A DNA stretch of 63,719 nt, filler included, from Octopus bimaculoides (GCF_001194135.2; 5 parts of 5 records of this genome joined end to end with filler, not necessarily neighbours in it), one strand, 5' to 3'; positions 23,691 through 35,656 are shown, counted from the whole stretch's first letter. Made by a program: numbers and translations. The notes: generated from the letters alone by a model not told the origin.

Positions 23691-24559
23691 CAGGGTGTGA
23701 TGAGTAAACTGTTATCATTATATATTTTTAATTTCATGCATGCACATTGTTTTTGATTTTGTCTACTATACAGTATTACAGGGTCAGTTGAGCACCGTCT
23801 GTGAGAAAAACAGCACCATAATGCAATTCTCTCTGCCAGAAATTTGGAAACAACATGCTGTACTGCTTGGCATTTGCACTGGTAGCTCCAATCCGAACAT
23901 TTCAGAGTGTTTCAGTGTCGATCTGAGGATATGTACCAAGAATGATAAAAATCGAACATCCTGTCAACATCATGGTGTTTGGTGTGATCACTAGTGATGG
24001 CGATGTTATGCCTCCTTTCATCTTCCCACATAGCCTCAGACTCAACATGGAAGCCTACATCAAGTGCCTGGAAGAGATAGTGCTGCCCTGGGTCAAGAGG
24101 GTGGCTGCTGGAAGACTCTATTTCTGGCAACAGGACTCTGCACCATGCCGCACAAGCAGGAGAACCCAGTCATGGCTATCAGATAATTTCTGTGACCACA
24201 TCACCCCTAGCATCTGGCCACCTACCTCCCCAGACTGCAACCTCCTTGATTATTATGTGTGGGGCACAGTTGAGCAAGAGACCAACAAAACTCCTTGTGG
24301 CACCAAAGATGAACTGAAGGCAAGGATTATGGCAGCATTCATCAACTTAAACAAAAAGACCATCCAAAAGAGTTACAGAAGATTCTGAAGTCCTCTGGAG
24401 GCCGTGGTTGAAGCAAATGGCGATTTTATTGCATAAATTTACTCTTCAGTATTTCAAGATATTTTTATGCAATTTTCGTAAATATACCTGTTAAAATGAG
24501 ATGTCAGTGTTATTTTCATTTTTAGGTAATTTAGACAACAGTTTATTCACCACACCCTA
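23691..24559 (+). mobile_element. DD37D (maT) internally deleted element
   Basis: TA|CAGGGTG TIR; WQQDSAPCRTSRRTQ...SPDCNLLDYY (D37D). Confidence 0.88.
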
Positions 24560-24795
24560 TATATATATATATATAAATGCTTAGTTTAGAATAGGGGCAG
24601 CTGATGAAGGAAATATTCTCTGTGGCCTGTTTGTTTTCTGTGCTCTGTTTATGTTCTGTTTTTCATTTTGTCCACGTTTTTTTGTGACGTCCTGTACCCA
24701 GATATGCATCTATATATACATGTAGATGTAGGTATGTACATACATGTACGTATATATGCATATACTCACATTTTATTTGTATATATATTGATATA

Positions 24796-26062
24796 TTGGG
24801 TTAGCAAGAAAGTAATTTCGGTTTTTTAGTGTGATATAAAAGTCATTTTTTTTTCATACAAAGAATGAACTTTAATAAATTATATATTTTCCATTTTGTT
24901 CGATGACTGTTTAGCATGTTTCTGGCAACTTCATCATTCCACGCTCATAGAACTTCTGGTCCTTATCAGCCAAAAACTGATGCAAGTGGAATTTAAGGTC
25001 ATCATCATTATTGAAAGTTTTACCATTCAAAGAATTTTGCAAACTTCAAAATAAATGGTAATCTGATGGTGCAAGGTCAGGGCTATATGGTGGATGTGAC
25101 ATCACTCTCCATCTAAGCTCCAGTAATTTTTCACAAGTTAGCAAAGACATGTGTGATATAGCATTGTGGTGGAACATGGTTCCTTTGCAGTTGCCAATTT
25201 TGGCCATTTTTCTTTGATTACTTCCTCCAGTTTCATTAGTTGTTGACAGTAAACACCTGTATTGTTTGTTTGGTCCCTTGGAAGCAGCTCAAAATTCACA
25301 ACACCTTTGTAATCCCACCAAATTGACAGCTTGACCTTTTTTTGATGCAATTCAGCTTTCAATGTGGTTTCTGCTGGTTCATTACACTTGGATCATGATC
25401 GTTTCCAATTGATGTTATTGTAGACAATCCATTTTTCATCACCGGTAATAATCCGTTTCAAAAATAGGTTGATTTCATTGCATTTGAGATGCATATCACA
25501 AATATTGATGCATTGTATTAAGTGAATTTCTTTCAATTTATGTGGAACCCAAATATTGAGCTTCTTAATGAGGCCAAGACATTTTAAGTGATTTTCAATT
25601 GTTGTGTGTGATACATGTAACCTCTCTCTCTCTCTCTCTCTCGCACAGTTATATGACAATCAGATTCAATTATGAATTTGATTTGGTCATCATCAACTTC
25701 AGTAGGTCAACCAGAACATTAGTGATCTTTGAGTGAAAAAACTCCAGAATGGAATTTCTAAAACTATTTCTGACATGTGCAATCAAGACCATAAACTTCA
25801 TATATCTCTTTGTGAACCTCAGCAGCTTTCTTGCCTTTACAGAAATAAGAAAAAGCAAAATATGACACAAATGTTCGTTTTTGTACTCCCTGTTAAAATT
25901 GATACTTGTAAACAAAATTGCATGCAATTTACTTCTAAAGTAAACTAAAAGTAACGGCTAGCAAATGTTGGAAAGAAAAAATCTTAACATTTACAAAAGT
26001 CATTCAAAAAAATTGTAACTCGACCTATTTACAAAAGACAAAATTACTTTCTTGCCAACCCA

Positions 26063-26063
<1 letters not shown>
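24796..26063 (-). mobile_element. Full-length degenerate mariner (mellifera/Famar1-like)
   Basis: TA-flanked TIRs TTGGGTTAGCAAGAAAGTAATTT / AAATTACTTTCTTGCCAACCCAA; 1268 bp. Transposase pieces EHLCHILLF, WVPHKL, IITGDEKWIVYNN and KVKLSIWWDYKG. Confidence 0.92.
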
Positions 26064-26115
<52 letters not shown>

Positions 26116-27399
26116 AGTGCAGCATGACTCATTGATTGGGAAAGTTTGCCTCCCAACTACATGGTTTCAAGTTCAGTCACATTGCATAACATCTTGGGCA
26201 ACTGTCTTCTACTATAGCCCTGGGCCTTGTAAGTGAATTTTGTTGTCAAAAACTGTGAAAGCCTGTTGTATGTATATCTATGTGTGTATGCTTTGCGGTA
26301 TTTCATCTGTCTTTATGTTCTGAGTTCAAATTCTGCCGAGATCAACTTTGCTTTTGTTATGTCTCATGCTACTGCTATCTAGCACCTTTGGATGATCTCT
26401 ACTCAACCGCTACACAACTGCTACTCAACAGCTATTCGACTGCTACTCAACACACCTACCACGGCCAGAGTACCTCTATTTATATGTCTTGGGAGATCCT
26501 ACTTCTTCGCCTGGGGGCGTCGACACAACAGCTTTTCATCCTTTTGGGGTTGATAAATTAAGTACCAGTTGTGTACTGGGGTTGATCATATATGTGTGTG
26601 TGTGTGTATGTGTATCTTTGTCATATAACATTTTTAAGGTATTTGAATAGTGAAAGCACCAAGGTAGGGTCGGTGATAGCACGACTGTACAAACAAAGTG
26701 TATTGACAAATATGTTCTTACTAAAGTAAACAAAGATTTGTTCCTCCAGTTATGCATACATTCACACTGGCTGACTGAATACACAACAATTCATCAAGGT
26801 CACAGCTGGGTAACTCACTGCACCTATTGTACTGCTATGTGTAGACACCTGATTAAAACGAATTGCAGTTTCCGGGTTAGAATAAATAATAACAACAGAT
26901 TAATTGTGGTTAATTTACAGCTGTTTCAGACGTGTTTTTTTTTTTGATGAATGGAAGTGTTACATCAAGTAAAAACAAAAAAACGTTTTCATCAGGTGAA
27001 TGACACAGAAACTGTCCGATGTAACAATTAGAACTTCTCAAGAACAAGTACATAGTGTAATATGACTCGATTGACCCAAATTCAGTCAGAGAGTGAACAG
27101 TTTAAGTTAGTATCAAGTTTATAATGAGGAACTTGTTAAAGGACCTGGATCAGGGAGGGAAGTAGAAGGAAAAGTATAAGGAAGTAAATGGAGAGAGAAA
27201 GACTAAAACAAGGGGAGAGAAAGGGCTGCATGATCTTGTTTGACCTCATAAAGGGTTATAACTAAAAATGTTGTTTCTAAATATTTAACAGGGGTCTTTA
27301 TATTGATAAACAAGAGTAATAAAAAGAAATGGTTGGGAGAAAACAGATACATACGCATACATATACATTTGTATACATAGATACACACACAGACATATG

Positions 27400-28705
27400 A
27401 ATGGATAAATCTCCTTACACCTATATAGGTATACACTGCGTTCCTTCCTCAAGTGTCTTCACTCTACCCACTTATTTACTTTCCAACTTTCCTCCTCTTT
27501 GCTTTCATCTCTCTGTACACCTCTCACATCTGCTTTTCCAAAAATCTCACTACTCTAGCCACATTGCTTTTCTAAGCTGTTGTCTCCACCACCATGCTCC
27601 CACATCTCCTCCCCCGAGGCTTCTGCTTGAAGTTCTGCCCTACTCTATATTCTCCTCCCCTCACTGAACCCATCCTTACCTGTACTTCTTACCTCCTCAT
27701 CTGTGCTATCATCCATTCCACTCTCTTCCGTATCCACTCTCTAGATCACTAACTTCTGCAGGCTCACCTTTTCCTCTTCTCTCTTTGCATTCCATCTTTC
27801 ACCCAATCTATTCTCTTCTTCTTGCCACGCTTCAATCACCAACTCTTCAACTTTCATACACAGACCAAAAGCCTGTATTTACCTCACCCTTCCATCCCAA
27901 CCCTTCCTCTTCAACCCCTCATATATTCCCCCCTACACCCACCACATACTGTGATCACTGTACCACCTGACCTGCTTTCTGAAGCTCTGAACATTTGTTC
28001 CTTGTTAAGGTCTTCCACCTTGTTTCCCCTCACTGTGATGAATTCCAGTCCCGTACAGACATTGGACAGTTCCTGTGTCATACAAAATTGTGTCTTCTAT
28101 GGCTCCACACTGCGTCACAACAACTGGGATTGTCTCTAGAGCTGGGTCATCATCCATCCAACTGGATGCTGCAACCAAGTCGGTTCAGCAGCTTAGACTT
28201 GTTTGTAAATGCATGCAACAGCGCCATCAACTTCTTTGATTTCAATAACATCACCTGGGCCAAAATCTCGACCCAGAACTCTTCCTCTATGTAGAGGAAG
28301 CATTCTAACATCTTTGCAACCCTGAATTATATAGCCTCCTGCCCTCCAACCCAGCCTGTCTTACCAGCATGTCTTCAACCATCACGATCTTGTCTGTCCT
28401 CTTCTACACTGCCACCAATTTAAAAAATTTTTTTTTTATCTAAACTCTCCTCTCTACCATCTGTTTCCCCCCAAGATCCATAAATCCAACAACCCTGGCT
28501 GCTCCATTGTCTCAACATGCAGCTGCCCTATTGAATTTATTTCTAAGTACCTGGACCTTGTCCTTTCTGTTTGAGTCACTTCCCTGTTTGAGTCACTTCA
28601 ACAGTACCAACCATGTTCTTCATATTTTCAATCGTTTTTTCCTTCCATTTTAGTCCCTTCCCATGAATATCAAATTACTCGACACTAACATTCCTGGCCC
28701 TCCAA
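27400..28705 (+). mobile_element. Penelope-like element, N-terminal/RT region, degenerate
   Basis: PKIHKSNNPGCSIVSTCSCPIEFISKYLDLVL at ~28470-28565 and MNIKLLDTNIP (consensus MDVxSLYTNIP) at ~28660-28697. Confidence 0.75.
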
Positions 28706-28990
28706 ATCTTCAAAACACATCCCTGATTTTGGCCACAAGCTCAGCCTTGGTGTAGCAGGCAGAGTGTTTGGTGCCTTTCTCAACTGCAACCTTACACATA
28801 GTAATCCATAGGATTAAAATCAGAGGAATTTGGAGGCAAGAAAGTTGGGGGCTGATGAAGTTATTGAAATCCTCTGACAACCACTTGTAACTCTTTCTGG
28901 AGGTATGGCAAGAGGGCTGAATCCTGCTGTCACGCATGACTGCCTTCTAGCAGTAACCTTCTCCAGCCAGGGCTTAACTGCAGTCTCCAG
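28706..28990 (-). mobile_element. Divergent DD37D-like transposase fragment
   Basis: PSCHTSRKSYKWLSEDF...AVEKGTKHSACYTKAELVAKIRDVF, homologous to but distinct from the other maT copies. Confidence 0.6.
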
Positions 28991-29659
28991 CAGCTTCACC
29001 TAGCCATCTGAACTAAGCCTAAACTCCCTGTTCATCAGTTGTTGGATAAATTCCAGCATATGGAGGAAGTCAGAGCACCTGCTGTGTCCATTCCTGCTGG
29101 CCATAAATAAAACACCACCTACTTACATTCTTTTGTGATCCCTTAAAAAATTCCATAAAAATGGAAGCTGACACACCCAGTTACTAAGTTTTTAAATACT
29201 GCACTAAACTTAGAGCTTTGACATTTATATTGTCAAAGTAAAGGATTAAATTTTAAAAAAAACTAACAAAAATAATTAAAACTACCTACATTTGTTTTGT
29301 GACACACTAAAAAACAATCCCATGACCTGAGTGTACCCACCTACTTACAAAATTCTACATGTATGAATTTAATCAATAAAAATTTCTTTAATGCACCTCT
29401 CCACCACAACCCACACACCCAAGGAAAGTTTTATCTCAACAATGACAATTTAAAGCCATGACTAACTTCAGTGCATTGCAGTACAATGAAGGCTTAGCAG
29501 ACTGAAACTTTAAAGTCACTGTCAATAAAATTCTAAAAAAAAATGTGTGTGTTTATGTTTATGTATGTATTATATATATGTATTAAATATATGTAAGTGT
29601 ATGTGTGTGTGCGTGTGTGTGTGTGTGTGTGTGCGTGCGTGTGTGTGTGTGTGTATTCT

Positions 29660-29895
29660 TTTATTCTTTTATTCTTTTACTTGTTTCAGTCATTTGACTG
29701 CAGCCATGCTGGGGCACCACCTTGAAGAATTTTTAGTCGAATTGATCCCAATACTTTCTTTTTTTTTGATTTTTAAAAGCCTGGTACTTATTCCATCAGT
29801 CTCTTTTGCCAAACCGTTAAGTTATGGGGACATAAACACATGCATATATACAACAGGCTTCTTTCAGTTTCGTCTACTAAATCCACTCACAAGGT
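29660..29895 (-). mobile_element. SINE family A (3' half)
   Basis: CTTTTACTTGTTTCAGTCATTTGACTGCAGCCATGCTGGGGCACC... Confidence 0.75.
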
Positions 29896-29896
29896 A

Positions 29897-30119
29897 TATT
29901 GCCACTTAAGTGTGGCTGACCCCTAGGGGTGGATGTTACTGTTGCTTTTAGCCCCAGGAGGACATCTCCTCCAGCTGGCTTATCGACACACTACTGTGTC
30001 CTGTTTGCCAAGGGAAGTTATCCCTCCCATCATGATCTGTAGCACGAACAGACCCGGGTTTCAGGGTTATTTCCCTTTGTCGGCGTTCGATAGCCACTGA
30101 TCTTTGATTTAGAGAATTA

Positions 30120-30125
<6 letters not shown>
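29897..30125 (-). mobile_element. Short hammerhead-bearing interspersed repeat (Penelope-terminus- or retrozyme-like), copy 1
   Basis: High identity to 33308-33545 and 42609-42641 (GTATATTGCCACTTAAGTGTGGCTGACCCCTAGGGGTGG...). Confidence 0.7.
30045..30089 (-). ncRNA. Minimal type I hammerhead-ribozyme fold (core variant, probably inactive)
   Basis: rc CGAACG-CCGACAA-AGGG-AAATAA-CCCT-GAAA-CCCGGG-TC-TGTTCG. Confidence 0.6.
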
Positions 30126-30179
<54 letters not shown>

Positions 30180-30644
30180 CTTAGTGTTAATAAAAGTCAG
30201 GGTGCATTGCATTCCACCACTTAATAAATGAAAAATGTATTGTAAATACACAAACAACAAATAAAAGATGTATAACATATGTTGAGTACATGAACAGACA
30301 GAAGACAGACACAGAAGGTCCCTAATTCTTCATCAATTATCAACCAGATGGTATTACTCAGTTTCACACCATTTAATGATAAGACTGAGGGGCTTCCCAT
30401 GCTGGCACTGCCTACGAAAGTTGTGGAGAATATAGGGCTAAGAGTGACCAAAACATAGAGAACAAGCTATGCATAGTGGAGATGCAAAAGTGAGTAGTCT
30501 TTGTCCTTCGTCCATCGTCTTAAATTACATTTATTCACTCGAAATGCATGTGCATAAATTAGACACAGTTATTCCATCCATAATGTTTTTCTTGATGTCA
30601 ACTCTTTGTGGTCAATAAAGAAATTATTATTATTGTTACCACTA

Positions 30645-30857
30645 AGGTAGCAAGCTGGCAGAATCACCAGTACGCCGGCTCCAAATGCTTAGTGGTATTT
30701 TGCCTGTTGCTATGTTCTGAGTTCAAATTCCACAGAGGTCAGCTTTGCCTTTCATCCTTTAGGGCTTGATAAATTAAGTACCAGTGAAACATTGGGATCA
30801 ATGTAATCGATTATCCCCCTCTCCCAAATTTTAAGCCTTGTCCCTATAGTAGAAAGG

Positions 30858-30920
<63 letters not shown>

Positions 30921-31106
30921 GTTATTATTATTATTATTAAGGCGACAAGCTGGCAGAATTGTTAGCATGCTGGACAAAATGCTTAGTGGCATTTTGTTTA
31001 TCTTTGCATTCTGAGTTCAAATTCTGCTGAGGCCAACTTTGCCTTCCATCCTTTTGGGGTCAAGAAATTAAGTACCAATAAAACTCTGGGATTGATGTGA
31101 TCATCT
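30645..31106 (+). mobile_element. Two tandem SINE family B copies separated by (ATT)n
   Basis: Heads at ~30645 and ~30940; GCCTTTCATCCTTT...GATAAATTAAGTACCAG. Confidence 0.8.
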
Positions 31107-31270
31107 NNNNNNNNNNNNNNNNNNNNNNNNNNNNNNNNNNNNNNNNNNNNNNNNNNNNNNNNNNNNNNNNNNNNNNNNNNNNNNNNNNNNNNNNNNNNNN
31201 NNNNNNNNNNNNNNNNNNNNNNNNNNNNNNNNNNNNNNNNNNNNNNNNNNNNNNNNNNNNNNNNNNNNNT

Positions 31271-31526
31271 AAGAAACCATAAGAAAATTATGTGTTTGTT
31301 TTAAAATTTGAGATCACATAGACAGTATTTTACGTAGGATATGAGCAGTTCCCATGAGCACTATCTTTTGAACTTCAGCCATTTTGGTGTTTCCTGGTAT
31401 CTGAGCTAGGTAGCAATCAGCCCGTTTCGCTGTCATTACCAGGGCACCTATGACAATAGGTATTGTTTTAGTCTTCAGATTCCACATTTTGCTAATTTCT
31501 ATTTCAAGATCTTTATATTTGCTCAG

Positions 31527-31530
<4 letters not shown>
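31271..31530 (-). mobile_element. R4/Dong-type RLE C-terminal fragment, 5'-truncated, abutting (TTA)n
   Basis: rc KLSKYKDLEIEISKMWNLKTKTIPIVIGAL...VQKIVLMGTAHILRKIL. Confidence 0.75.
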
Positions 31531-31570
<40 letters not shown>

Positions 31571-31574
<4 letters not shown>

Positions 31575-31933
31575 TCTGCCTTAGCGAAGGTAGAGGTATT
31601 GTTTTCAATCACTTTTGTTTGTTCATGGACAAGATATCTCAAGAACCGCTGGATAGATTCAGATGAAACTTTCAGGGATGTTTGGGCTTGTGACTGGCAT
31701 GGACCGATTAAATTTTGGGATCAATCCAGTACCGGACAAGGGTTCTGGATTATTTTTGCTGGTTTTTTTTACTTAATTTTTGAGAGTGGTCAGATTCATT
31801 TTTAGTATTCTCGCTTGTGAGAGCAGTTGAGTTTATTTCAGATATTCTCATTTTAAAAATCATCTCCAGCTAGTCATTGAGAGGATGTTGGTGTTGCCTT
31901 GGCAGAGGTTTGCGTTCTCTGAATGCTCTTGTT
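31571..31933 (+). mobile_element. Helentron-like non-autonomous element (HINE/DINE-1 architecture)
   Basis: 5' ACCTCTGCC subterminal repeat, inverted GGCAGAGGT near the 3' end, then a small hairpin GCGTTC-TCT-GAATGC. Sits in TT-rich (TTA)n sequence. Confidence 0.6.
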
Positions 31934-31994
31934 GTTATTATTATTATTATTAGTAGTAGTAGTAGTAGTAGTAGCAGTAGTAGTAGCAGTAGTT

Positions 31995-32204
31995 AAGGTA
32001 GCGAGCTGGTAAAATTATTACCATGTCAGGCAAAGTGCTTAGCAGTATTTTGTCCCTCTTCACGATCTGAGTTCAAATTCTGCTGAGGTTGACTTTTGCT
32101 TTTCATGCTTTTGGGGTTGATAAAATAAGTACCAGTTAAGCACTGGGGTTGATGTAATTGACTTACCCGCTGTACTGAAATTGCTAACCATCTGCCAAAA
32201 TTTG

Positions 32205-32205
<1 letters not shown>
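31995..32205 (+). mobile_element. SINE family B
   Basis: Head AAGGTAGCGAGCTGG and central GCTTTTCATGCTTTTGGGGTTGATAAAATAAGTACCAG. Confidence 0.75.
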
Positions 32206-32237
<32 letters not shown>

Positions 32238-32536
32238 GTAGTAGTAGTGCTTAAACTTACTAATTATTATAATTAATTAAATATATAATGAGACCAGAGC
32301 TGGCGTAATAGTAAGTTGGTACTCTACATAAACCAATTGGGATGGTGTTAATCTTCCTCATTATCTCTGGTTGTTTACGTGCTCTTCTAAACTAACTTTT
32401 CCTGTGACGTTCTAATTAACATGCCAATTAATCTCATCCTTCAACAAACAAAATGGAAGTACACACAACCCAGGTGAGAAAAATTATGGGAGTTTCTACT
32501 GAATTTCTTGATCTATTCAGTATATATATAAACATA

Positions 32537-32905
32537 GGCGCAGGCATGGCTGTGTCATAAGAAGGTTGCTTCCCAACCACATGGTTCCAGGTTCAGTCTC
32601 ACTGCATGGCATCTTGGGCAAATGTCTTCTACTATAGCCTTGGGTTGACCAAAGCATTGTGAGTGGATTTAGTAGATGGGAACTCTGCATGTTTGTTTGT
32701 GTTTGTCCCCCCACTACCGCTTGACAACCTGTGTTGGTTTGTTTACATTCCCATAGCTTAGTGACTCTGCAAAATGGGACCAATAAAATAAGTACCAGGT
32801 TTAACAAAAAATAAGTACTGAGGTCAATATATTTGGCTAAAAATTCTTCAAGGGGGTACCCCAGCATGGCTACAGTCTCATGACTGGAACAAGTGAAGAT
32901 AAAAG
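32537..32905 (+). mobile_element. Full-length SINE family A
   Basis: GGCGCAGGCATGGCTGTG head through to the GACTGGAACAAGTGAAGATAAAAG tail. Confidence 0.85.
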
Positions 32906-33307
32906 AAACAGCTAAATTTTCCACTGCTAAATAAACTCTCACACACTGTCCTTGTTAAAGAGAGAAATTTGTGTGTCTTAATTCCTAAAACCACATGACA
33001 CTAACTACATCTACAGCATTGGTTTCACTATTGATTTCACTATGAATGATGAATGACCAAGCTTAGACATGATGAACAAGCATTTAACTCTAACTGACGC
33101 TTGCATTCTCTGACTGTGAGGGGAGAAATTATAAATGACTGTCAGCATTGATGATGTTAAATAAGTTTATATCTCTTTGGTATTTCCTATTTAATGGTGC
33201 ACCCATAATGTATTAAACGTTCACAAAATTTTGTGTGTGTGTATGTGTATATATATATATATTTAATGTTAATTCTCTAAATGAAGTATTAACAGTAACT
33301 GCACGAT

Positions 33308-33545
33308 AAAGTGTAGTATATTGCCACTTAAGTGTGGCTGACCCCTAGGGGTGGATGTTACTGTTGCTTTTAGCCCCAGGAGGACATCTCCTCCAGCTGG
33401 CTTATCGACACACGACTGTGTCCTGTTTGCCAAGGGAAGTTATCCCTCTCACCTCGATCAGCAGCACGAACGTATCCGGATTTCAGGGTTATTTCCCTTC
33501 GTCGGCGTTCGACAGCTGATGACCTTGGTGAGAGAGACAAAAACC
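33308..33545 (-). mobile_element. Short hammerhead-bearing interspersed repeat, copy 2
   Basis: Homologous to 29897-30125; 3' end (minus) ...GTGGCAATATACTACACTTTA. Confidence 0.7.
33467..33511 (-). ncRNA. Minimal type I hammerhead-ribozyme fold
   Basis: rc CGAACG-CCGACGA-AGGG-AAATAA-CCCT-GAAA-TCCGGA-TA-CGTTCG: perfect 6-bp stem I, 4-bp stem II, palindromic stem III, and a U4C change in CUGANGA. Confidence 0.7.
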
Positions 33546-33600
33546 TGGCAAACCTTATATCTTCTTTTCCAGTGAAATTCTTCACTGATATTGAAAAGGT

Positions 33601-33700
33601 NNNNNNNNNNNNNNNNNNNNNNNNNNNNNNNNNNNNNNNNNNNNTTAATTAATTAANNNNNNNNNNNNNNNNNNNNNNNNNNNNNNNNNNNNNNNNNNNN
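33601..33700. other. Scaffolding spacer N44-TTAATTAATTAA-N44
   Basis: Identical construction to 11095-11194. Confidence 0.9.
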
Positions 33701-33808
33701 TTCTTAAAAAAGTGACTTATCTAAAAAATATACTTTTCACCTTCAGTGTATGTGCACACGCACGTGTGTGTGTGTGCATGTGTGTGTGTGTGCATGTGTG
33801 TGTGTGTG

Positions 33809-33841
<33 letters not shown>

Positions 33842-33945
33842 TTTTTGAGTGTAGGGAACAGCTTCTCTTTCAAACATTAAATTGCACACTCACTCTCCTC
33901 ACTCACCCCCACACACATACACATGATTGTATGCCTGCACATATA

Positions 33946-33987
<42 letters not shown>

Positions 33988-34089
33988 CTTTCTGTGCTGT
34001 TCTATCAGTAATCAACAAAATTCCATAAGATAAAAGCTCTTAAGACACACACACAAACAAAAATAGGAAACTAATTTGAAGACTCCACC

Positions 34090-34510
34090 AACACCACCGT
34101 GATCACTACAACTACCGCCACCACCATCACCACTACCACTCTCACCACTACTATCACCACCACCACTATTATCATCACCACCATCATTACAACCACCACC
34201 ACTATACCCCACCTCTGCTACCATCATTGCTACCATCAACACCACCAACACCACCACAACAACAATCATCACCACACATACTACCACCACCACCACCATC
34301 ACTTTTGCCACCCTCGCCACCAGTACTACCATCGACATTATCACAATCATAAACACTACNNNNNNNNNNCACCGCTTCCCAGCACTGCCGCTGCCACCGC
34401 TTCCCAGCACTGTCACTGCCACCAACACCACCACTACTCCACTAACACTACTTTCACCACAAACCTTCACCAACACCACTCACCACTCTCAATCTTACCA
34501 CCATCACCAA
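34090..34510. repeat. Degenerate (CAC/CAT)n trinucleotide tract
   Basis: Direct inspection; a similar (GGT)n tract lies at 36872-37230. Confidence 0.85.
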
Positions 34511-34843
34511 AAACTGACAAAAAAATTTGAAAATTGTCTCCAACATCAATGTGAATAATTTGCAATTTTTAAAGAAAATATTTTTAATCATTCTGATTAT
34601 GGTAATGTCTTTCTCTATAGGGTGGTGGTGGTGGTGGTGGTGGTGATGGTGGTGGTAAGCTTTTACTTCGATTGCTTTGTAGAATAAAACAATAAAGCAA
34701 AACAATTCTGTTGCAACAAGACCATTCTCTCATTCTTCACTCTGTGACATTCTGTAATCATACACTGTAGTTTATACTATTATATATAGATAAATTCATA
34801 CATACATACACTTAGAAAAATATATACATACACACAGAGAAGA

Positions 34844-34876
<33 letters not shown>

Positions 34877-34891
34877 GGTGTGCACATATGT

Positions 34892-34953
<62 letters not shown>

Positions 34954-35099
34954 TGGGTAATAAGATATCAAATGACATAAGATAATAGGTAGATACAGTG
35001 AGTGCTCAGATCAAATTTGTGCGTAAACTTCAGCTTTAAGTGCAGGATTGTGTTACCTGACTGATACTTGTTGACTGCTTGTTTGTAACCTTTGTTCTG

Positions 35100-35545
35100 C
35101 TTCTGGCTGTGTGGTAAGAGATTTGCTTCCCAACCAAATGGTTCTGGGTTCAGTCCCACTGTGCGACACTTTGGGCAAGTGTTTTCTGTTACAGCCTCGG
35201 GCTGACAAAAGCTTCGTGAGGGAATCTAAAAGATGCTCATTGAATATATATTTGTGTGTGTGTGTGTGGCCATGCGTGTCCATGTGTATGTGTTCATGTG
35301 TGTGTGTGTGTGTGTATGTGTAAGCATGTGTGTCTTTGTGTCTGTGTTTGTCCCCATGACCACTTGACAACTTGTGTTGGTGTATTCACACCCCCTGTAA
35401 CCTATCAGTTTGGCAAAAGAGACCAACAGAATAAGTAACCAGGCTGACAGAAAATAAGTACTGGGGTTGCTTCATTTGACTAAAATTTCTTTGAGGTAGT
35501 GCCCCAGCATGGCTGCAGTCCAATGATTAAAACAAGTAAAAGACA
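35100..35545 (+). mobile_element. SINE family A
   Basis: GGCTGTGTGGTAAG head, core and tail. Confidence 0.8.
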
Positions 35546-35625
35546 AAAATATAGATATGAATGGGCGAAAGTGCTAATAAAGAATTATCTGTACATCACT
35601 TCAAACAATCTATACACACACACAC

Positions 35626-35656
<31 letters not shown>

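Noticed and set aside
29948-33585. Shared ~60-aa ORF in both hammerhead-repeat copies (…REITLK…NFPWQTGHS…EEMSSWG)
   Set aside because: The differences are mostly non-synonymous and fall where RNA stems co-vary, which fits structural rather than coding constraint.
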